A DNA stretch of 64,000 nucleotides from an uncultured Clostridia bacterium (GTDB lineage: Bacteria; Bacillota; Clostridia; Oscillospirales; CAG-272), in assembly GCA_947627815.1 (NCBI GenBank), contig CANQXN010000001.1, forward strand, positions 8,857-72,856. Reading direction: 5' to 3'. Below the pieces are notes generated by a model. That model worked only from the letters and a program-made list of their open reading frames with translations. It made no database searches and was not told where the DNA came from. The position numbers and the translations under genes are program-made. Shown piece after piece: positions 45,556 to 53,767 of the stretch. Position 1 is the first letter of the stretch. Each line of letters opens with the position of its first letter.

Positions 45556-45838
45556 TAGAACCATACACCATTGTTCGAACATACGATACATGCGCGAAAC
45601 CGAAGTTTATTCTCCCGACAGGCAACCCTGTGGCACACCAAAGAACCTGCTTAATGCTGCTCGGTTCCCCGCCTGACATGGTTCACAGGATTTGATTGCA
45701 CAGGACCCATCGTTCAACGAATAAAGCGTTCGGTGCATAGACCACACACCGTAAGCCCTCATAAATGGAAACCACCCCTGCTGTAGCGGATTGCAGGTTC
45801 AGGGCACCGCTATCTCCCCGGCTGGTATGGCCCTAATT
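45556..45838 (-). ncRNA. ffs: Signal recognition particle RNA, large (Bacillus/Clostridium) type
   Basis: The minus strand reads GGUGCCCUGAACCUGCAAUCCGCUACAGCAGGGG (Alu-domain-like). It also reads CCUGUGAACCAUGUCAGGCGGGGAACCGAGCAGCAUUAAGCAGG...GUGUGCCACAGGGUUGCCUG (domain IV with GGAA loop). The ends pair (AGGGCCAUACCA with UGGUGUAUGGUUCU). It sits in the classic position upstream of dnaX. The ends are approximate. Confidence 0.85.
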
Positions 45839-45879
45839 CATATTCTGCTGTTGTATTGATTGGTTTTCAATACTTCTAT

Positions 45880-45908
45880 ATTATAACAGAAAAGAAAAAC
45901 TTATGCAA
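45880..45908 (-). promoter_or_regulatory. Sigma-A type promoter for the SRP RNA precursor
   Basis: Minus strand: TTGCAT (45908-45903), 17-nt spacer, TATAAT (45885-45880). Confidence 0.6.
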
Positions 45909-45964
45909 GACTTTTTCCGGAAACGGAAAAATTTTTTGTTTTTAAAACACGGATGAAAGAAAGA

Positions 45965-46002
45965 GGACGGACGGCGCAAGAGGCGCCGTCCGTCCCTTTT
46001 TG
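45965..46002. terminator. Strong GC hairpin terminator (bidirectional)
   Basis: GGACGGACGGCGC / AAGA / GGCGCCGTCCGTCC followed by CTTTTTG. It lies immediately downstream of the minus-strand gene ending at 46008. Confidence 0.8.
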
Positions 46003-46007
46003 TCGGT

Positions 46008-46376
46008 TTATTCGGCGTCGTTTTCGGCGTCGGAAGCCTTGTCGGCGTCCTTCTCTTCCGCCGTGTCCTCATCCAGAGGAGAATCGTCGTCTGTGCAGAA
46101 GATCACATCTTCTTCATCGCTGATATCGTCATCGCCGATGTCAAAGAAGTCCTCGCGCAGCGCTTCCAGCATTTCGTTCTTTTCCTCTTCCTCTTTGGAG
46201 CCGGTTACCAACAGACAGGCACCGGCGGCACCGCAGACGGCGGCGACGGCGGCACAGGCGGAGGCGAGGCTCTTTCTCTTTTTCCACTGGGAGAAGAAGA
46301 TAACCAGCGCGGAGAAAGCCTGGATCAAAAGGCAGATACCGATCATAAAACGGGATTTCATGAGTGCTTTTTTCAT
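46008..46376 (-). CDS. Small membrane protein with a highly acidic C-terminal tail
   Basis: Two hydrophobic helices (FMIGICLLIQAFSALVIFF; ACAAVAAVCGAAGACLLV), then ~65 aa rich in D/E. Confidence 0.55.
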   Translation of the reverse strand: MKKALMKSRFMIGICLLIQAFSALVIFFSQWKKRKSLASACAAVAAVCGAAGACLLVTGSKEEEEKNEMLEALREDFFDIGDDDISDEEDVIFCTDDDSPLDEDTAEEKDADKASDAENDAE

Positions 46377-46441
46377 GGGAATAACTCCTTTCAGTTTTTT
46401 GTTCTATTACAGGTGAAGGGTGGATGAACAATGATTCTGAT

Positions 46442-47542
46442 TTACACTTTGGCGTTCATTTTCAGATAGGCGTTGATAAAGCCGTCCAAGCGTCCGTCCA
46501 TGACAGCCTGAATATCGCCTTCTTCATAGCCGGTTCGTGTATCTTTGACCAGTGTATAGGGCATAAAGACATAGGAACGGATCTGCGCGCCCCACTCAAT
46601 GTTGGTTTTATTGCCCTGAATATCTTCAATTCGCTCTAAATTTTCGCGTTGTTTGATTTCGGCCAGCTTGCTTTTCAGCATTTTCAGCGCCGTTTCTTTA
46701 TTCTGGAGCTGGGAGCGTTCCGTCTGACAGCCGACGACAATGCCGGTCGGGATATGGACAATACGGATGGCGGAATCGGTCTTGTTAATATGCTGTCCGC
46801 CGGCACCGCTGGAACGGTGCGCCGTGATTTCAATATCTTCGTCCCGGATTTCAATCGAACCGTCATCGGTAAACTCCGGCATGACTTCCACCGAGGCAAA
46901 AGAGGTATGCCGCCGGCCAGAAGCGTCAAAAGGAGAAACACGCACAAGACGGTGGACGCCGTTTTCACTTTTCAGATAGCCGTACGCATTGATGCCTTCA
47001 ATCATGATGGTAGCGCTCTTGATGCCGGCCTCGTCGCCGTCTAACCAGTCGATCAGTTTTACGGTATAGCCGTGCGTCTCGCCCCACCGGCAGTACATAC
47101 GGTAGAGCATCTGCGCCCAGTCCTGCGCCTCGGTGCCGCCGGCACCGGGATGAAAGGTGAGAATGGCGTTGTGTTCGTCATATTCACCGGTCAAAAGAGC
47201 GCTGAGACGCTGTTTTTCGGCTTCCTGTTCAAGCTCCGCGTTGACTTCGTCGGCGAGACTTTCGTCGTTTTCTTCGATCCCCATTTCGGCCAGAACATAG
47301 GCATCGTCCACTTTTTGGCAGAGCGCGTCATAAGCGCCGACTTTATCTTTATATTGCTTGATTTCCTGCAAGGTGAGCGAGGAGGTCTGCGGGTCATTCC
47401 AGAATCCCGCGTCTATCGTGAGTTTTTCAAGCTCTGTAATTTTTTCTTTTGTTTCACTGATTTTCAGCGCCTGCGCCAAATCGGTGAGATCCTTTTTGAT
47501 CTGTCGAAGACGGATCTTTGCTTCTTCCAATTGAATGATCAA
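46442..47542 (-). CDS. prfB: Peptide chain release factor 2 (single uninterrupted frame)
   Basis: SPF tripeptide (RVSPFD), GGQ (SGAGGQHINKT), and FWNDP at residues 47-51 as in full-length RF2. No in-frame UGA. Confidence 0.93.
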   Translation of the reverse strand: MIIQLEEAKIRLRQIKKDLTDLAQALKISETKEKITELEKLTIDAGFWNDPQTSSLTLQEIKQYKDKVGAYDALCQKVDDAYVLAEMGIEENDESLADEVNAELEQEAEKQRLSALLTGEYDEHNAILTFHPGAGGTEAQDWAQMLYRMYCRWGETHGYTVKLIDWLDGDEAGIKSATIMIEGINAYGYLKSENGVHRLVRVSPFDASGRRHTSFASVEVMPEFTDDGSIEIRDEDIEITAHRSSGAGGQHINKTDSAIRIVHIPTGIVVGCQTERSQLQNKETALKMLKSKLAEIKQRENLERIEDIQGNKTNIEWGAQIRSYVFMPYTLVKDTRTGYEEGDIQAVMDGRLDGFINAYLKMNAKV

Positions 47543-47579
47543 GGCGGTTCCTCCGGCATTATGATTCTTCTGCTGTTTT

Positions 47580-48347
47580 TTAAATTGTCACATGGATTAG
47601 ATTGCTGTGAAATGTCACCGTTTCAATGGAAGAATCCAATTGATATACGGTTTGTTTCATGCCGCCAAGGACGGGATTTTCGGTAAAGAAATGGCCGGCC
47701 ATGATAAGAGCAAGGCCACGGTCGGCCGCTAAGGCGGCGGCGTTATATGAAATTTCTCCGGTAATCAGGGCGTCGGCTTTGGCGGCCAGGGCTTCTTCAA
47801 TAAAATCCTTGCCGGAGCCGCCCACGACCAAAACCTTGCGGATCGTGCGGTCGGGGCAAGTGTAGGTAACGGAATCGGCTTTGAGTTTTTCCTTTACCAG
47901 TTTAGCCAAATCGGCGGATTTTATGGGGGAAATCCGGCACAATCGCGCCATCGGCTGCCCCTCGGTCATCCACACTTCCCTGTCATTCATCCCTAAGGTG
48001 TCGCAAAGGCAGTCATTGACGCCGCCTTGCGCGGCATCCAACCGGGTATGAAAAGAAAGAGCCGCGATTTCCGCCGTTACCAGTCGGCACAACAGATGCG
48101 GGATCAAGTCGTCGGCATCGAGATGACGAAGCGGGGAGAAAATCAGAGGATGATGCGAAAGAATGACATCGCACCCCTCTTGTATGGCCCGATCCACGGC
48201 GTCCTCCGTGATATCCAGCGTAAGCAGGACTTTTTTGACCGGGCGATCCGGCAGAGGCACGCACATGGCGCCGTCATTGTCCCAGGAGCAGGAGAGCGAA
48301 GAAGGCCAAATATGATTTAAAGCCGTTATAAAATCGCGTAGAATCAC
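47580..48347 (-). CDS. Nif3-like dinuclear metal centre protein (YqfO/GTP cyclohydrolase 1 type 2 family)
   Basis: WDNDG, ILSHHPLIF, ...MAGHF; conserved pairing with trmK. Confidence 0.85.
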   Translation of the reverse strand: MILRDFITALNHIWPSSLSCSWDNDGAMCVPLPDRPVKKVLLTLDITEDAVDRAIQEGCDVILSHHPLIFSPLRHLDADDLIPHLLCRLVTAEIAALSFHTRLDAAQGGVNDCLCDTLGMNDREVWMTEGQPMARLCRISPIKSADLAKLVKEKLKADSVTYTCPDRTIRKVLVVGGSGKDFIEEALAAKADALITGEISYNAAALAADRGLALIMAGHFFTENPVLGGMKQTVYQLDSSIETVTFHSNLIHVTI

Positions 48348-48366
48348 GGCAACCTCCCGGATCGTT

Positions 48367-49095
48367 TCAGTGTTGGTTCAGCCCGTCAAGCCGGGCGGCA
48401 ATCCCTGCCAGCAATGCGGTCAGCCGCTTTTTGTCCGTGCTATCCGGATCGCGGCAGCCGAGCAGTTGCTTTTGCAAACAGCGCCGCTGTTTTTCAAGAT
48501 ACGCGGCATAAGCTTTGTAATCGGAAGGATCGCAGCATCTGCCGCAGAGCGCATCGGCGACTTTCCCGTCCGCATTGACGCCGCGATAGACGGCAAGCAG
48601 CAGGCGATAGGGTTTGACACCTTCCAAAGCGTAGCGCTCTTTGACAATTTCAAATCCGTTGTTCCATAGCCAGAAACAGACGGTATCGGCATCGGTCATG
48701 GGTTGGAGAACCAACCGAAGACCTTCGGTTTTGAGAAAGGGAGCCTTTTGCAGAATGTAGCAGATGGTCTCGCCGCCCATACCGCAAATCACGATATCGG
48801 TGGGATGATAGGGCGCCACGCTGTCAAGCCCATCGGTCAAAAGTGTGACCGCGCGTTCCGCGAGACCGGCTGCGGCCAGATTTTGCGCCGCGGACGCTAG
48901 CGGCCCCTGCCGGAGATCACTGCATACCGCAAAGGAAGCGATACCGCGCAGCAAAAGATCTGCGGCCAAATAGGCGTGGTCACAGCCCACATCGGCAAGA
49001 ATGACAGAGCCTGCCTGCCGACATGTCGCGTCATCGATCGGGGTTTCGACCAATGACGCGGCCAGACGCAGGCGCGGCGTGAGCGAAAAAGTCAC
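48367..49095 (-). CDS. trmK: tRNA (adenine22-N1)-methyltransferase TrmK
   Basis: LADVGCDHAYLAADLL, ICGMGGETI. Confidence 0.85.
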   Translation of the reverse strand: MTFSLTPRLRLAASLVETPIDDATCRQAGSVILADVGCDHAYLAADLLLRGIASFAVCSDLRQGPLASAAQNLAAAGLAERAVTLLTDGLDSVAPYHPTDIVICGMGGETICYILQKAPFLKTEGLRLVLQPMTDADTVCFWLWNNGFEIVKERYALEGVKPYRLLLAVYRGVNADGKVADALCGRCCDPSDYKAYAAYLEKQRRCLQKQLLGCRDPDSTDKKRLTALLAGIAARLDGLNQH

Positions 49096-49292
49096 TGTGC
49101 CGCGAGAAAATCGTTGATCTTCTTGACCAATGCGTCAACATCGGTTCCGTGTACTTCGCAGGCCTCCTGCAGGGATTCGCCGCGCGACGCGGGGCAGCCC
49201 AGACAGTGCATACCGATCTCAAAGAAGAAGGGCGCGCAATCGGGCGCTTGGTCGAGAATATCGCCGATAATGCTGTCTTTGGTAACAGTCAT
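49092..49292 (-). CDS. DUF1858 / hybrid-cluster-protein-associated redox disulfide protein
   Basis: MTVTKDSIIGDILDQAPDCAPFFFEIGMHCLGCPASRGESLQEACEVHG, with a CxxC in the typical context. Start moved to ATG 49292. Confidence 0.8.
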   Translation of the reverse strand: MTVTKDSIIGDILDQAPDCAPFFFEIGMHCLGCPASRGESLQEACEVHGTDVDALVKKINDFLAAQ

Positions 49293-49420
49293 AGTTTTGT
49301 TTCCTTTCCCGGAATAGGCGTTTCCGAAGGATTTGTGAGGAAGGCACAACCTACCACAATTGTATTATATCGTATTTTTCCCCTTCTGTCAATTGATTTA
49401 TTGATTTTTTTCCGGCTCTC

Positions 49421-49449
49421 TTGCGCATTTTGAAAAAAGGTGCTATAAT
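49421..49449 (+). promoter_or_regulatory. Sigma-A type promoter of the HIT gene
   Basis: TTGCGC (49421-49426), 17-nt spacer, extended -10 TGcTATAAT (49441-49449). Confidence 0.6.
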
Positions 49450-49475
49450 CGAAACAGAAAGGACGGTATCGTAAC

Positions 49476-49811
49476 ATGTGCATTTTTTGTGAAATCGCGA
49501 AAAAATCGGTTCCATCTCAGGCAGTATTTGAAAATGACACCATCTTCGCTTTCCGGGACATCAATCCCCAGGCGCCTGTTCATATTCTGGTGATCCCGAA
49601 AACGCATATTGCCTCGGTCGATGCCATTACCGCCGAAAACAGCAAGGTCGTTGCCGAAATCTTTGAGGCCATCCCGAAAATTGCCGCGAACGCCGGCCTT
49701 GCAAACGGCTATCGTGTGATCTCCAACTGCGGGGCGGATGCCTGCCAAAGCGTCAAGCACCTCCATTTTCACATCTTAGGCGGCAAACAGCTCAGCGAAA
49801 CCATGGCCTGA
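49476..49811 (+). CDS. HIT-family (histidine triad) nucleotide hydrolase
   Basis: CIFCEI, PQAPVHILVIPK, and HLHFHILGG (HxHxHxx triad). Confidence 0.92.
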   Translation: MCIFCEIAKKSVPSQAVFENDTIFAFRDINPQAPVHILVIPKTHIASVDAITAENSKVVAEIFEAIPKIAANAGLANGYRVISNCGADACQSVKHLHFHILGGKQLSETMA

Positions 49812-49828
49812 TCTTTTGTCCATTGTGA

Positions 49829-49879
49829 CAGCAAAAAGCGCCGTCGGAAGTATTTCCGGCGGCGCTTTTTGCTGTTTTG
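49829..49879. terminator. Bidirectional terminator
   Basis: CAGCAAAAAGCGCCG...CGGCGGCGCTTTTTGCTG followed by TTTT. It lies between convergent genes. Confidence 0.8.
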
Positions 49880-49884
49880 GCAAG

Positions 49885-50385
49885 TTAGGCAAGACACATT
49901 TTTTCAATCACGACCGGTTCGGCCGGCTCGCTTGGCGTGCCGAAGAAAGAGGGCTTTTTGCGGCAGGTCGCCACTTTATCGATCACTTCCAGCCCTTCGG
50001 TTACTTTGCCGAACGCGGCGTATTCGCCGTCAAGCCAATCGCACTTGCACTGGCAAATAAAAAATTGCGAGGTGGCGCTGTTGGGATCCTGCGAACGCGC
50101 CATCCCGAGAACGCCCCGCTCAAATTTCAGATCGTTGGGAAATCCGTTGTGCGAAAACTCCCCGGGAATGCGCTTTAACGAGGGATCGCCCCGCCCTGTG
50201 CCGGTGGGATCGCCGCCTTGAATCATGAAATCGGGAATGCAGCGATGAAAAGTCAGGCCATCATAGAACCCGGACTTTACATAGGAAAGAAACGCTTCTA
50301 CCGAGGCGGGCGCCTTGTCGGGATATACTTCTAAGGTCATCGTGCCGTAATTTTTGATCGTGAGAATCACTTTTTGCGTTTTCAT
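49885..50385 (-). CDS. ppiB: Peptidyl-prolyl cis-trans isomerase, cyclophilin type (cytoplasmic)
   Basis: FHRCIPDFMIQGGDPTGTGRG, SATSQFFI, YAAFGKV. Start moved to ATG 50385 (GGAG RBS). Confidence 0.92.
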   Translation of the reverse strand: MKTQKVILTIKNYGTMTLEVYPDKAPASVEAFLSYVKSGFYDGLTFHRCIPDFMIQGGDPTGTGRGDPSLKRIPGEFSHNGFPNDLKFERGVLGMARSQDPNSATSQFFICQCKCDWLDGEYAAFGKVTEGLEVIDKVATCRKKPSFFGTPSEPAEPVVIEKMCLA

Positions 50386-50457
50386 AAACAAACTCCGTTC
50401 TTTTTTTTTGAAAAAGGGCTGCCGAACCTTGCGGTTCGGCAAACCCTGACAGGCAAA

Positions 50458-51207
50458 TTATTTTTCCTCTAAAAGATACATGGACTCAATGATAATCGCC
50501 TCTTTCGGCTGATAATAGGCGCCGCTCGCGTCCTGCGCCGAGGTTTTGGGGCAGTTGGCAATCGCATCTACCACATCCATGCCCTCGACGACCTTGCCGA
50601 ACGCGGCATACTTGCCGTCTAAGTCATGCGCGCTGGCATGACAGATGAAAAATTGCGAAGTGCCGCTGTCATAATCCTGACTGCGCGCCAGACCGATAAC
50701 GCCGCGATCAAAGAGAAGCTTGTTGTCATAGAAATTGTTTTCGGCAAATTCCCCCGACACATTAGGAAGAATCGAAAGACCGTATCCTGTGCCGGTGGGG
50801 TCGCCGCCCTGGATCATAAAGCCGGAGATGCAACGATGAAAAGTCAGACCGTTATAAAAGCCGGATTTGACATAAGAGACAAAACGAGCCACCGTCTTCG
50901 GCGCATATTGCGGATAGAGTTCCATGACAATGGTGCCATAGTCTTTCACTTTCATGACAACACGCGGCGTCCCTTCGGGAACCGGCGGATCTTCCTCAAA
51001 CTCTGTTGGCAGCGTGTTGGATGCGGCCGGTTCCATCGTAGAGGAGGATCTTCGCACAAGCGTCACTACCAATGCGACAATCAGCGCCACCGCGATCACG
51101 GCCAGTACAATGCAAAGAATGACGGTACTCTTCTGCTGTTTGGGCTGTTTTGCTTCTTTTTTCAGCCGAGCTTGATATTCAGCCATCTTTTTTCTGTTAT
51201 GACCCAT
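50458..51207 (-). CDS. Membrane-anchored cyclophilin-type peptidyl-prolyl isomerase
   Basis: Basic N-terminus plus TM (VILCIVLAVIAVALIVALVVTLV) and a linker. The cyclophilin core follows: FHRCISGFMIQGGDPTGTGYG, SGTSQFFI, YAAFGKV. Confidence 0.9.
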   Translation of the reverse strand: MGHNRKKMAEYQARLKKEAKQPKQQKSTVILCIVLAVIAVALIVALVVTLVRRSSSTMEPAASNTLPTEFEEDPPVPEGTPRVVMKVKDYGTIVMELYPQYAPKTVARFVSYVKSGFYNGLTFHRCISGFMIQGGDPTGTGYGLSILPNVSGEFAENNFYDNKLLFDRGVIGLARSQDYDSGTSQFFICHASAHDLDGKYAAFGKVVEGMDVVDAIANCPKTSAQDASGAYYQPKEAIIIESMYLLEEK

Positions 51208-51228
51208 GTTGTTTTACCCCCTGGCTTG

Positions 51229-51957
51229 TTATGCTTCCACATCGTAAACGAAGTTTTCAAGGACAATATTGAGATTTCCGTTGAGACAGCGGATCTCGTC
51301 AAACATTTCTTTTTGATTGGCGCCTTTTTTGAAATTGACCGCATAAGACAACTCAAACATGGTGCCGAAATTCGAGGATTTTACCTTGCACACTTCCCAG
51401 TGAACGCAATATTTATTGAGGATTTCATCAAAGATGCCGACATAATTGAGGCTTTCCGGAACAACCACTTTCAGAAGTTTTTTAGGATTGCGCTGATCGC
51501 CGAACCGCACGAACATGAGAATGATCATGACAACCGAAACCAGCACGGCAAGGACGGCGGCAACGCCGATATAGCCGCGGCCGCAGGCAAGACCCAAGGT
51601 AAGGGAGGCGAAAATGTAAGCGAGATCTTTCGGACTGCCCTGCGTAGAACGGAAACGGATAATGGTCAAAGCACCGCCGATGGAAACGGCGCTCAGAACC
51701 GTGGTCGAACCCGCCCCCGAAAGATTGGAAGAAACAAGGCATAAAACAGAAAGGATCGGCGGCAGCATCATCAGCGTATAGGCCATGCCCTTGGAGTACC
51801 CATCCAAGCGGTTGGTGAACATATAAAGAGCACTGATCAGAAGGCCGAAAACAAGGCCGCTCAAAAGGATCTCAATGAGCAGGACAAAGCTGATCTCGGA
51901 AAGGTTCTGACTGTCGATAATGGATTGCATCAGGTTGACTGCGAGAAATGTTTTCAT
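51229..51957 (-). CDS. DUF4956 family membrane protein
   Basis: Multi-TM N-terminus with GGALTIIRFRSTQGSPKDLAYIFASLTLGLACG, the DUF4956 IVRFR-type motif. 4-nt overlap with the VTC gene. Confidence 0.8.
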   Translation of the reverse strand: MKTFLAVNLMQSIIDSQNLSEISFVLLIEILLSGLVFGLLISALYMFTNRLDGYSKGMAYTLMMLPPILSVLCLVSSNLSGAGSTTVLSAVSIGGALTIIRFRSTQGSPKDLAYIFASLTLGLACGRGYIGVAAVLAVLVSVVMIILMFVRFGDQRNPKKLLKVVVPESLNYVGIFDEILNKYCVHWEVCKVKSSNFGTMFELSYAVNFKKGANQKEMFDEIRCLNGNLNIVLENFVYDVEA

Positions 51958-52709
51958 AATTCATTGACCTCTGTTACTGGGACAGCGTGTCCGTTAATAT
52001 AATATTCATATTCTTTGCCGTATTTTGAAAAGCTGGAATTGAAGATCTTGTGTTCGCTCAAGTAACGCGCCAGCCATAGCGGTACGGTGTTGGGAATCTT
52101 GATTTCCATGAGAATGTATCCTTGCGGCAGTACATCAAAGCCTGAGGTATCGCCGTTAAAGTTGACATTTTCGCGGCGCGTGAAGATCTCTTTATCAAAG
52201 GTAATCCGGAGTTCGGGATTGTCCTTGCCGAACATGGCGACCCGATCGTACGAGATATACACATTGGGGCGAAGGTCATAATACTTCAGCATCCGGAGAA
52301 TTTCCTTTTTGACCTGGAGATTGAAATAGGATTCTCCGGGCAGAGGCGCGGGAAGTTCCTGGTGTTCGACCATATATTCGGCATCCTTGTAAGGCATGGT
52401 AGCTCTTCTCTTGGTAACAACACCGTTATATTTCTGCTTGATCTCAAAAAACACATTGTCCTCCGGCGCGCGGTGAGGATAGTAGGAACGCATACGCAGT
52501 TTTTCCTTATAAATCGGCGCGTCGGAAGAAACGCGGATCAAATCGTTATTGACGGAGTCGTAATAGATGTTATAGAGTTTATACGAGCGGTCGTCTAAAC
52601 AATAGGGGTCATAGTCCATATAGGAAGCGAGAAACCGCCGGATCTCGTCATATTGCGCTACAGTGAGCAGATATTTTTTTTCATAGCGTTTGAACACCGT
52701 AATCGCCAT
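51954..52709 (-). CDS. VTC-domain (polyphosphate-polymerase-like, CYTH superfamily) protein
   Basis: FKRYEKKYLLT...YNIYYDS...KEKLRMRSYY...FFEIKQKYNGVVTKRR matches bacterial VTC domain proteins. Start moved to ATG 52709 (GAGGGGAGG RBS). Confidence 0.8.
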   Translation of the reverse strand: MAITVFKRYEKKYLLTVAQYDEIRRFLASYMDYDPYCLDDRSYKLYNIYYDSVNNDLIRVSSDAPIYKEKLRMRSYYPHRAPEDNVFFEIKQKYNGVVTKRRATMPYKDAEYMVEHQELPAPLPGESYFNLQVKKEILRMLKYYDLRPNVYISYDRVAMFGKDNPELRITFDKEIFTRRENVNFNGDTSGFDVLPQGYILMEIKIPNTVPLWLARYLSEHKIFNSSFSKYGKEYEYYINGHAVPVTEVNEL

Positions 52710-52726
52710 ACCATGCCTCCCCTCTT

Positions 52727-52770
52727 TTTGAAAAAGAAAAGCGTTATCCCTCAAAGGAAAACGCTTTTCC
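52727..52770 (-). terminator. Terminator after the MscS gene, lying just upstream of the VTC RBS
   Basis: AAAAGCGTT (52737-52745) / AACGCTTTT (52760-52768). On the minus strand it is followed by CTTTTTC. Confidence 0.65.
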
Positions 52771-52883
52771 TTTATCAACCACAGTATTGTATCGAATCAA
52801 TATAAATCTAATATGAAGACTTGCCAAACAAGGCGTGAATTTTGTGTATGGAATGCGGTATAGACACCGACAGTCCGATCCTT

Positions 52884-53690
52884 TTACTTAGGCGTTTTCT
52901 CGTTCACATGGACATCCAACTGCGGGAAAGGAATTTCCACACCGGCCATACGGAACGCCTTATCGATCGCTTCGTTGATATCGAAAAACACGGTCCAATA
53001 ATTTTCGGTTTTCGTCCAAACGCGGAAAGAAAGCGTAAGCGAGCTGTCGGAAAACGCGGAAAGATAGCAGACCGGTGCGGGATCGTCAAGCACCAGCTCG
53101 TGATTGGCGGCGATAGCGATCAGGATCTTGTTCACGCGGTCAAAATCGGAAGCATACGCCACATTTACGGTGAAGTCCACACGGCGTTTGCCTTCGGTCG
53201 AGAGGTTCTGCAAAGAGGCGTTCGAGGCGACGCCGTTCGGCAGGCAGACCGTGATATTATCCGGCTTTTTCAAAACCGTATAGAAGAGGCTGATATCGGC
53301 AACCGTTCCCTCTTCGCCCGCCACTTTGATGTAATCGCCTACGACATAGGGCTTGAAAATCACCAGCAAAATACCGCCGGCGATATTGGCAAGACTCCCC
53401 TGCAAGGCAAGACCGACGGCAACACCGGCCGAGGCGAGAATCGCCACGATAGAGGTCATTTCCACGCCCAGCATGGAGATGGCAATGATCAAAATAATCG
53501 CTTTGACGGAAAACTCAAAAAAGGAAGAGAAAAAGGAGGCCACGGTGGGATCCATTTTCTTGCTTTTCCGAATCTTTTTTGCAATTTTCCCTGAAAGAAC
53601 GAATCCGATCACAACCACCAAGATGGCGCCAAGCAGGCGGACGCCGGCCGTTGTGATAAATTCATAGAGAGTATCGAGAATTTTTTGCAT
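52884..53690 (-). CDS. Small-conductance mechanosensitive channel (MscS family)
   Basis: Three TM helices, then AGVAVGLALQGSLANIAGGILLVIFKPYVVGDYI (pore helix plus beta domain). Confidence 0.9.
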   Translation of the reverse strand: MQKILDTLYEFITTAGVRLLGAILVVVIGFVLSGKIAKKIRKSKKMDPTVASFFSSFFEFSVKAIILIIAISMLGVEMTSIVAILASAGVAVGLALQGSLANIAGGILLVIFKPYVVGDYIKVAGEEGTVADISLFYTVLKKPDNITVCLPNGVASNASLQNLSTEGKRRVDFTVNVAYASDFDRVNKILIAIAANHELVLDDPAPVCYLSAFSDSSLTLSFRVWTKTENYWTVFFDINEAIDKAFRMAGVEIPFPQLDVHVNEKTPK

Positions 53691-53767
53691 CGAAATACTG
53701 CACCTTTCTGTAGTTTATTCATTCACTGCGGCAAATAGCCGTCGGGAACACAAAAGTAGCGGGGGCA

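Noticed and set aside
46442-47542. Looked for the programmed +1 frameshift site (CUU UGA C) typical of prfB.
   Set aside because: The ORF is uninterrupted from Met1. FWNDP sits at residues 47-51, as in full-length E. coli RF2, and the region equivalent to the shift site reads LAQALKIS with no in-frame stop. This prfB belongs to the non-frameshifting class.
50626-51744. A 372-aa plus-strand ORF across the anchored cyclophilin and DUF4956 genes. Similar long antisense ORFs occur at 34565-35509, 17972-18709, 3436-4203 and 52842-53594.
   Set aside because: Each lies opposite genes with clear family motifs and crosses gene boundaries. None has an RBS or a domain signature. They are treated as non-coding shadows.
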